Positions 1 to 7,658 of a stretch of 10,100 nucleotides of DNA are shown here, in pieces (the first letter of the stretch is position 1; each line of letters starts with the position of its first letter). The notes under the pieces were generated by a model. It searched no databases, was not told where the DNA came from, and was given only the letters and a program-made list of their open reading frames with translations. The translations under genes were made by a program, and so were the position numbers. Source of the DNA: Amoeboradix gromovi X-113 (taxonomy: Eukaryota; Fungi; Sanchytriomycota); the NCBI GenBank assembly GCA_018985225.1, contig JADGIF010000361.1, positions 1 through 10,100 on the forward strand, in the 5' to 3' direction.

Positions 1-537
1 TTGAGTATCTTAATTTTGGAAGTCTCTTTTTCATCTTGGATTCATTTTGCTCCCCTTCCTATCTTGTTTTTAGAGAGAATTTCTCTTGCATTTGCAAGAT
101 CTTGTGCTGAAATCAAGAACATTGAGGTTATGTTATTATTTTCAAGAATGAAAGAACTGTCATTCTGACATTGTGTCCGGCATATCTTTGGAGTAATACA
201 AATCACCTTAAACACAATGTAATATATTTGCCGGCAAGTGTATTCAACAATACAGAAGCTTTTGTTTTTTGTAGAAGTTAAGTAAAAATTTATCAATTAA
301 TAATGGAAAAACTGCTGATTAAGCGACTGGTGCGCTGAATTCTAAAACTATCAAATTATCTTTCTATTTTTAACAGATCAGAATGCCATTGAGAGAATCA
401 TTTAATATAAATCGAGTAGTGAGGCATGGATCTACTTTTGTAATTGGTGGAGTACTCTTCTCAAGATGATTAGCAATCACCGATCACAAAAATCTTATTC
501 ATAGCCATCAAAATTTACGGAGAAAAGGGAATCACAA

Positions 538-942
538 ATGACGGAATCTAATGATAAATTAAATATGGGAACTGTGAGCGGTTCTTGTGTCGATGAATTG
601 CCCTCTCTTAAATTTGTTCTGACAAACGCTAATATTGAATATCGATTACCTTCAGATCCTATAAACATTAGGTTTTCTAGAAAAACCCCAATATCCGTAA
701 ATGAAGATCATTCTAGAAACTCTATAGATCTGCCGTTTACTACGCAATGCAAGGTCTGCAATAAAAATTTTAAGAACGTGCACGCAAAGAAAAAGCATCA
801 GTCTAGTGTCCACGGCCCAAAACTTCCTTGTGAGTACTGTGGCAAAAAGCTTAAAGTTTATGGAAGAACAGACCTAATGAAGCAGCATCTGGATAGGTGT
901 AAAAGATACAAAGCTTTTCTAGAAGACAACGTAGAAGAATAG
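538..942 (+). CDS. Small zinc-finger protein (one C2H2 finger followed by a C2HC-type finger), 134 aa
   Basis: ATG..TAG ORF. CKVC-x12-HQSSVH fits the C2H2 pattern; it is followed by CEYC...HLDRC (C2HC). No specific orthologue recognised. Confidence 0.75.
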   Translation: MTESNDKLNMGTVSGSCVDELPSLKFVLTNANIEYRLPSDPINIRFSRKTPISVNEDHSRNSIDLPFTTQCKVCNKNFKNVHAKKKHQSSVHGPKLPCEYCGKKLKVYGRTDLMKQHLDRCKRYKAFLEDNVEE

Positions 943-1090
943 ACTTTCACTAATTTTAGTAAATAATTTTCCTTTTAAATTTATAAAACTGCTTTTCATA
1001 CATTACCGGTTCATACTAATTTAAAATGTCCTTTCAACTTGTCCTGAGTTCATCATTAGAAATAATTGTTTATGAAGTTTAGGTCAATTT

Positions 1091-1807
1091 ATGGACAGGT
1101 CTTTTCAGAAAAATAGAAAGGTAAAATTGCCTCCACTATCACATTTCAAAGACAAACTCTCACAGATTCAAGACAGCAGACACGATTTAGGTTTTCAAAC
1201 TGAAATCAAAGAAATTCCAATTACAATGAAAGAAGTTCAGCTGGAAACCGATTTATTGTTAAATCGACCACCAACACCTCCATATATACCAATCAAGCCA
1301 GGTAGAGATGTAGAAATACAGGCAGAGGAAATTTTTGATTTTCATGCTGAAGTACAGCCTTTCTTGGACATTATTGTAGACCAGATTATAAACGATGCTT
1401 ATGTCAAGTATTATTATGAAAAGGAATTACAGGTTATTCAAGAGAATATCCAAATTCACAAAGATAGACAGTTTGAACTTTCTGTCTATTTGCTGAAATA
1501 TGAATTGTCTGAACAAGAAATGAGAGAAGAGCGGGAAAAACTTTTAAAGGAGTTTGCACTCAAGAAGCAAAAAACTCAAGTTTTACAGGAACGCAATAAT
1601 CTTGACAAGGTTATTAAGAACGCTGTAGGAACTATAATGCTCGATGTGGAAAAGGCTTTGAGGAAAAAACAGCATTCAGTATCTGGAGAACTGCATATTT
1701 CAGAGCAGATGATTACAACAAACAAGTTAGTTTCTTACCCTACTACAATGAAAATTGCAGAACAAGTAGTCAATCAAATTTTACTACAAGCGATGACAAT
1801 TCAATAA
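1091..1807 (+). CDS. RSP3: Radial spoke protein 3 homologue (axonemal), divergent, 238 aa
   Basis: LLNRPPTPPYIPIKPGRDVEIQ-EEIFDFHAEVQPFLDIIVDQII matches the RSP3/RSPH3 core as I recall it (LDRPPTPLFIPAKTGxDVxTQI...LFDFDxEVxPILEVLVGKT). It is preceded by xQT-like repeats and followed by an E/K/R-rich coiled coil. Start codon not certain. Confidence 0.85.
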   Translation: MDRSFQKNRKVKLPPLSHFKDKLSQIQDSRHDLGFQTEIKEIPITMKEVQLETDLLLNRPPTPPYIPIKPGRDVEIQAEEIFDFHAEVQPFLDIIVDQIINDAYVKYYYEKELQVIQENIQIHKDRQFELSVYLLKYELSEQEMREEREKLLKEFALKKQKTQVLQERNNLDKVIKNAVGTIMLDVEKALRKKQHSVSGELHISEQMITTNKLVSYPTTMKIAEQVVNQILLQAMTIQ

Positions 1808-2120
1808 ACGACTTTGCTTAATCACACGAGAACTATTGATGTTGTCTCACCACCATTTAATCTCAATCTGAGACACCCACAGTAAAAAACAGACCCACTA
1901 CTTTTAAATATCAAGAAGCTGGTCCTTTTCTTTAGATGTTCCTCGTCGGTGCAACAAGTTTCGCATAACTTCTTTGAGAATTACTTAGTCAAGTATTTAC
2001 AGAGGTCTTCCTATATTTTAAGACTTCAAAATCGGGATTGATGCCATTTCCAGCTAAAGTTTTAGAACAATTCATATTATTTATTGCCGACTCCAGAGCA
2101 TATACTAGCAAAGAAGGAGT

Positions 2121-2645
2121 TTATATTTTATTTAAGAATTTCCATTTCAGTAGTGCTTGCTTTGCTTGCTCAAAATCACTCTTTTCGTAAAAATTCCAAA
2201 ATTGTTCATGGTAATCCCTAATAAGCTTATTTACCGTTTTGGAATTCTCATCTTCTTGCAGCTCCATGACTTGCATCAGGAAGCATTGCGGGACTTTATC
2301 AAAATCGTTAATTTTAAAATTCTTTAGCCCGAGAGCATACTCTGCCCGCTTAAAAGAATCATTGACGGTATTATAAGCATTGCTAATGAAGGACGACATG
2401 TTCTGTGCAGATTCTGCACTGTTGTGTCTATCTGGATGTGACATTCCTTGCAATTGAATATATTTCTGCTTTAAATTATTAGGCAGAGTGCTGGGATTGG
2501 AAATACTGAATAGCTGAAAATAGTCCATACTCGGGATCTTTTGTAATTCGTTGCACTTTGAGCAAACCACGAAGGGATGGTTTAGCATCCTATCGCATTT
2601 AAAGCAATTTATTTGGCGAAAAAATCTGGACCCCAATAGTGTCAT
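2121..2645 (-). CDS. HSCB: Mitochondrial Fe-S cluster co-chaperone HscB/HSC20 (Jac1 family J-protein), 174 aa from the first ATG
   Basis: CFKC...CSKC tetracysteine module, DYFQLF, J-domain HPD motif, SSFISNAYNTVNDSFKRAEYAL and FLMQVMELQE. The ORF-track start (2666) is TTG; the first ATG (2645) gives a short presequence-like MTLLGSRFFRQI. Confidence 0.9.
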   Translation of the reverse strand: MTLLGSRFFRQINCFKCDRMLNHPFVVCSKCNELQKIPSMDYFQLFSISNPSTLPNNLKQKYIQLQGMSHPDRHNSAESAQNMSSFISNAYNTVNDSFKRAEYALGLKNFKINDFDKVPQCFLMQVMELQEDENSKTVNKLIRDYHEQFWNFYEKSDFEQAKQALLKWKFLNKI

Positions 2646-2851
2646 AGAGTTGGTACTCCTAATCAAAAGTCTTGGTTCCTGGAAAATAAAGAGTTTCTAA
2701 AGACTTGCATCTACAGTTTTCAACTGTGGAACAAGATCCGCAAGTGTGCAGTCTTTTTCGTTTTCCGAATTCTTAACCATTACGATAGTTCTCGTATTTA
2801 TAGCATCTTTTAGATCTATTTATGCAAACTGAAATGATTTATGTATGAAAT

Positions 2852-3412
2852 CTATTTACTTTTATTTTTAATTTTCCAAAAGTTGCCAATTTTAAAAATT
2901 CTATCTTTACTAAAAGTAAATGGAAATTTTTCTGAGTTTAACATAACCATTGTGTACGAAAAAAGTAAAACCTTATTCCAAAGAATTCCCATAACAGTAC
3001 CAACTATTGCTCCAATTACTAGTTGATCGACATGATGGTAACTCAGGTAATATCTGCTATATACAACAATTGCTGAAAGTGGCAAAGATTTGTATCCGCC
3101 CCAAACAACCGTATAAAAGGCCATGAACCCAGAATGAGCACTTGGTAAACCATAACCAATATTGAAGTTTTCATCATGCCCAGGGTGGTAGGGTCTTGGT
3201 ATCTTGAGGTAGTTCTTTATTAAGCTATTAATACCCTCGTTAATAATATGGCCTGCTAATATCAATAAAATAGTAATATCTTTTAAGTGGACAAACGAAA
3301 AAACTAAATGAGATATCAGTAAGATCGGAAACAGCGAGAAATAAGCTAATATTTTACAGGATGCACATCCTACTTCATACAGCACGTATGAATGATAAAC
3401 TGGTGAATACAT
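2852..3412 (-). CDS. DOLPP1: PAP2-family dolichyl-diphosphatase (DOLPP1/Cax4-like), 186 aa
   Basis: PAP2 motifs KxxxxxPRP, GYGLPSAHS and SRYYLSYHHVDQ. The N-terminal 'YVLYE...LAYFSLFP' and 'GHIINEGIN' segments are typical of DOLPP1/Cax4. Confidence 0.88.
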   Translation of the reverse strand: MYSPVYHSYVLYEVGCASCKILAYFSLFPILLISHLVFSFVHLKDITILLILAGHIINEGINSLIKNYLKIPRPYHPGHDENFNIGYGLPSAHSGFMAFYTVVWGGYKSLPLSAIVVYSRYYLSYHHVDQLVIGAIVGTVMGILWNKVLLFSYTMVMLNSEKFPFTFSKDRIFKIGNFWKIKNKSK

Positions 3413-3712
3413 AGGGGATATGCGACAGACTTCAGAAAATTAACCTACTATAAGTGGGGGTACTCCGTAGTCCCATTATTGTAACTTTTCAGGCTTTTTT
3501 GTGCCAAGTTTCTCATTCCTAGACAAACAAATGAGCTTCAAATTTTCCATATTTATAGTATTGCTATCCCTAATCGAAGGTCTGGCATAGTGTTAACAAG
3601 TCCAATATCCTTGATAAGTTTGCTACTACTATTGTGATTTCTAGAAAAGATCACATTAAAATCGAATAAAATAATGGACTGCAAGTATTTACTGAATTTA
3701 AAATCTAATTAG

Positions 3713-4143
3713 TTATTCGAATTGGCCTCTAAATAAACTAGTTATTACCTTAAACGTCTCACAAGATCCAGGTCACGCTTCATAAGTGTGACTCTTTTAG
3801 AATGAATCGCACAAAGCATGCTATCTTCGAATAGAGTAACCAAGTATGCCTCAGCAGCTTCTTGCAATGCCATTAAAGCACCAGCCTGCCATCTATACTC
3901 TTGATGCTGAAAAATACCTTCTTTTTGAACGCTGGCTGCCAACTGCCTACACAAACGGCCAAATGGAGCTTTCCTTATTAATAAGTTTGTAGACTTTTGA
4001 TACTTTCTTATCTCCTGTAGTGCTCTTGTTCCCGGTTTAAACCGATGCGCCTTCTTTGGGCTGATCTTTTTTCTAGGCGAAGTGTGTCTTTTTGTAGACA
4101 TGTACTTCATTCTGTCTTGCAATGATGGGACTTTTGGCGCCAT
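3713..4143 (-). CDS. CSE4: Centromeric histone H3 variant CenH3/CENP-A/Cse4; two exons (4143-3749, 3728-3713), 136 aa
   Basis: H3 fold ([19 protein letters not shown]...[16 protein letters not shown]) with CenH3 hallmarks: unrelated N-tail, G in place of H3 Q68, W in place of F84, S in place of T107, and loop 1 seven residues longer. Splicing 3748-3729 gives the ending RRLRGQFE*, compared with yeast Cse4 RRIRGQFI*. Confidence 0.9.
3729..3748 (-). other. Predicted 20-nt spliceosomal intron in CenH3
   Basis: AG|GTAATAACTAGTTTATTTAG|A on the minus strand. It contains the in-frame stops, and its removal restores the conserved R-G-Q-F tail. Confidence 0.85.
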
Positions 4144-4321
4144 TATTAACTGATATGTTGTTTCAGGGAAATTTACATAATTTCTGCAATAACAGGCAAT
4201 AAATTAGAACCTACATGGTGCTCAATATGGCATACCAGAGAAAGCAGAATCAAACAAACTTAAAGCAATATAAATATATCTTGATGACACGTCGTGCAAG
4301 TTAAAACAAGTGAATATTAAA
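4144..4321. promoter_or_regulatory. Probable shared divergent promoter region of CenH3 and the membrane-WASP gene
   Basis: 178-bp spacer between head-to-head ATGs. Inferred from gene layout only. Confidence 0.5.
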
Positions 4322-7300
4322 ATGAGCTTTGGTTATATCAATGACACTTCTCTAACCACTTTGAGTATCAATTTCTCCCCTATTAGTAACGGCTTTGCAT
4401 TAGTATACGGTGTTAATGCCTTGATTAAGGTGGAAAAACCTCAGAACAGTTTTTCGGATTTTATCAAGCTAGATAGCCCCGGTCAAGTCATTTCCCAGTT
4501 CAGCCCATCGGGGTCAGTAACTTGGCTTACTGTATGCTCTCCGGGGTATTATCCAAAGGATGGAATATTTCCTGCTAGTTCTTGTTTGCCTTGCCCGAAC
4601 TATTCCAGTTCTTCGATGCTCATGAAAAGTTGTGAATGCCTAGAAGGCTACTATAGTTTGCTGGATGCCAGCAGTTCTGCCTATTATAGCGATATAATAT
4701 CTAACAAACAACAATGTGTATCTTGTCGCCCTGGTACTAGTTGCTCACACGGTATAGGTTCTGTAAATGATAACGTATTACAGCTTAAATCGGATAATGT
4801 GCTGTGTGAGTCTGGCTGTCAGAATGGTATTTGCACTTTTCCATACAAGGGTGATTTTTGTTCCGAATGTGCTGCCGAACATTATAAATTCAACAGAACC
4901 TGTTTAAATTGCGACAATAGTGGATTGTATTTGGCTATTTTATTTTTATGTCTTCTATTCTCTCCGTTAGTCTTGTATTTCATTTTTAAAGCCTGGAAGA
5001 AGATGCTAACAGTAAGTATTGGATTGTTTTTCATACAAGAACTCGCTCTAGTATTATACACAGATGTTTTATTTTCCAATTTCCAATCTCAGTTACGGTA
5101 TTTAGGATTGGTGATGTTTGATGTTGGCTGGTCAAAGCTGGAATGCTTTTCAAATTCTCAAATCACTTTCATATTTCCGATGTTTATTCTACCGCTTGTT
5201 TACTTTTTTGAACTGTTTTGGAAAATGTCTTTTTTCGGTATAAGTAAGACTGCAAAACGGAATCATGAATTGAAAAAGATAATCAGTTATTCGCAGCCTC
5301 GTAGCCTACTCATTTTAATGGAAATCTTGTACTTTCCAATACTTGTCGGACTTGCCAGATTAGGCACTTGTAAGTCATTTTCTACCGGCGGTTTTGTATG
5401 GCAGTGTCCCAATTTTGCAACCGCGCTACTACTTTTTCTTGGGTTTGGCATAATGGTACCTTGTATTCATATTTTGGCGCGAATATACTTAAAGAATCGA
5501 AAGGAGAAGCTGAAAATGATTAAAGCGAATGAGTCAAAGAATGTTAAACAAACAGTCGCTTGGCCTAGAAACACAACTTCCTCTACATTTGTAGGTAAAT
5601 ACAAAACCTCCTCTAACCATCCTTTAATTCTCTCATTTCAATATTTAAAAAGATTTGCAATTGCTGCATTTTGGTTTGGTTCTAGCAGTTGGGGTCCAAT
5701 TACTCAGCTATGGTCAGTTGCAATGATTGAAGCATTTGCTGCACTGTGGTTGACAGTATGTTTTACATCTGTATATAGAGGTAAAATGGGAAAAATAGCA
5801 ATGTTTTTGCAAGCTTGTACCCTAACAATAGCCAGTTCTTTCTACTTGACGACGTCTATTCAGCCGCCACTGTATGCACCACTTGTTGACCAGGATGCTT
5901 TGCAATATGAGATGATGCCGTTTCTTGTTGGGTCGGTGTTTTCAGTTCTCTTTTTGATTTTGTTTGAACATTTCTACGTTTACTTTAACAAATCTGATCC
6001 AGCTTTGTATCGTAAGCCAATAAAGCCGAATCATTCAAAAATAATGGAAATTGTAGACAAAAGAGATAAAGTGGGAATGCAAAGCGATTTACAAAAATTT
6101 GTTCAGGTCAAGATTGACGAAGATGGTAACAAAAAGAATGTTGTTTATTTAACTCGAAGAGCACTACAAACCATGCAGCGAGGCGTTCAGGATGACGACG
6201 AAGATAGCGAAGAGCTCTTGCCAGAGAATGAGGTTAAGCCACACTTACAAGGCAATATTATTGTTGCTGTTGCGCATACTGAGGTAGAAAAGAAAGACAC
6301 CCTATTGAGAATGATTCAAAAAATGGATGTTCGTGACGAGCCCGCTTTAAATCCAGAGGATGGTGATAAAAGGGAATCCAGAGAGACGCCGTATTCATCT
6401 ACTGGTCTGCGGGTATCTAAAATACCAACCCAGGATGAAGAAACAAATAAAGATAATGTGAGGGTATCAAAGTTGTCTGGTGATGATAGTTTGGTACCAG
6501 ATAAGAACAATAATCATAATAAATATATGCAAAAAGATGAGTCTGAAAAGGGGCTCATGCATTCCCAAGAACTTTCTGAATCGCGACTAGATCAACTCAA
6601 GTCTTCAAACAAGTCTAGAAGCAATTCAATGGAACGCAAGACAAGCTTCTTCAGTAAATTTACAAAATCAAAAGATGAGGAAAGTGATAGAATAGGTAAG
6701 CCAACCAATTTCAAGCACACTGGACATTTAGGAGCCAGTAACATAATGCTTGATTCATTGCCTGATGCATATAAAGAAATAATTGAAAAGGCTGGAGTTA
6801 GTTCAGAAGATTTAAAAGATCCAGAAACATTTAGATTTATTATTGAATTTATTGTCAAAAAGTCAAGCGGCACTGTTAAGAGAGTAGTAACCGCAAATGA
6901 AAATGGCAAAAAGCAATTGTACATTGAACCTAGTATAGACAACTCTCTTAATTCTGAGAACAGTTTAATTGCTGTAAATATAATATCTCCTACTTTGATC
7001 AGGAACGACCAAGAGCAGGCTCAAATAGAAGCAGCTGATAATGCAAAGCAGTCAAAGGAATTACAATCCAAGGATTCATTGCAAGGCTTGATTAACGAGG
7101 TCTCAGTTGACATACAGTCTTCCCAGGTACAAAATGAATCATCTAAAGATCTACCAGATTTAGCTTTAACACATTCAGAGTCTCCAATTCAAGAGAATAT
7201 AGCCTTAACACATTCAGAGTCTCCAATTCAAGAGAATATAGCGTTAACACATTCAGAGTCTTCAATTCAAGAGAATATAGCAGTTCCACCTCCCCCACCT

Positions 7301-7655
7301 GCTCCACTGCTTAATACCGTTAATCTAAAGTCTAATGAGTCTAGGTCATCGGACATGTTGTCATCTATACAGAACATTCAACTGAAGAGTGCATCTTCAA
7401 TAAATAAGCTCCCCATTCCTAGGAATCTACTATTAGAACAAATCAAATCAGGTGCTAAACTTAAATCGGTATTATTCATTAATGTAGAACCTCACTGCGC
7501 CTATACAAAATAACTCACTGTCACCGAGTGTATCTGTTTCGAATAAACCAGATATTGCCAATGCGTTAGCTGAAGCATTAAAAGGTAGGAAAATGAAAAT
7601 GAAAGATGACAGCAACAGCAGCTTAGAAAAAGGTGATCCTGACGACTGGGAGTAG
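4322..7655 (+). CDS. Cys-rich ectodomain / multi-pass membrane protein fused to a WASP-type CRIB(GBD)-polyPro-WH2-WH2-C-A module; two exons (4322-7468, 7488-7655), 1104 aa
   Basis: Uninterrupted frame. Cys-rich repeats at 4535-4912 (CxPGYY, CxxC); about 9 hydrophobic helices at 4925-5986; CRIB IGKPTNFKHTGHLG at 6692-6733; WASP GBD helices LPDAYKEIIEKAGVSSEDLKDPETFRFIIEFI at 6758-6853; PPPPPAP at 7286-7306; WH2s at about 7340-7393 and 7418-7468. Exon 2 encodes DIANALAEALKGRKMKM...GDPDDWE*. The 5' end is uncertain (ORF-track start 4310 is GTG; first ATG is 4322). Confidence 0.88.
7161..7281 (+). repeat. In-frame 39-bp tandem repeat, about 3.1 copies (ALTHSESPIQENI)
   Basis: Units at 7161-7199, 7200-7238 and 7239-7277, plus TAGC. 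They differ only at the Ala wobble base and one C>T (P>S). Confidence 0.97.
7469..7487 (+). other. Predicted 19-nt spliceosomal intron between WH2 and the Central/Acidic exon
   Basis: CG|GTATTATTCATTAATGTAG|AA, phase 0, with branch-like TTAAT just before the AG. Removal shifts the frame exactly onto the C-helix and DDWE*. Confidence 0.85.
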
Positions 7656-7658
7656 CGA

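Noticed and set aside
1-281. Plus-strand frame extendable through a possible 20-nt GTTATG...CAAG intron (127-146)
   Set aside because: The product resembles nothing I recognise, and GT..AG pairs at this spacing arise readily by chance.
42-296. 84-aa minus-strand ORF
   Set aside because: It starts at TTG and has no recognisable domain. The tail (MFLISAQDLANAREILSK...) looks protein-like and the frame continues past the TGA to the window edge, but it cannot be judged without flanking sequence.
1808-2041. Stop-codon reassignment (TAA/TAG read as sense), suggested by frames that run on past single stops here and at 4271
   Set aside because: More than 2,700 codons of clear genes contain no internal TAA/TAG outside the predicted introns, and TAA, TAG and TGA each end a gene at its homologous C-terminus.
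2829-2859. Possible 31-nt intron across the DOLPP1 stop
   Set aside because: The extension has no homology support and the protein is already complete through its catalytic motifs.
2841-3026. 61-aa plus-strand ORF
   Set aside because: Antisense shadow of DOLPP1.
3531-3590. Short ORF MSFKFSIFIVLLSLIEGLA* resembling a signal peptide
   Set aside because: Only 19 codons, followed by several stops; no convincing splice rescues it.
3745-4143. Canonical histone H3 call, or a CenH3 with a truncated tail
   Set aside because: It lacks the ARTKQTAR tail and has CenH3 diagnostic residues; the apparent truncation is resolved by the 20-nt intron.
6696-6715. AG|GTAAGC...CAAG, a 20-nt intron-like string inside the CRIB coding sequence
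   Set aside because: Removal would delete the CRIB core and shift the frame; the unspliced sequence encodes the conserved motif.
4882-6942. Minus-strand ORFs 4882-5079, 6316-6510 and 6592-6942
   Set aside because: Antisense shadows of the membrane-WASP CDS with no motifs.
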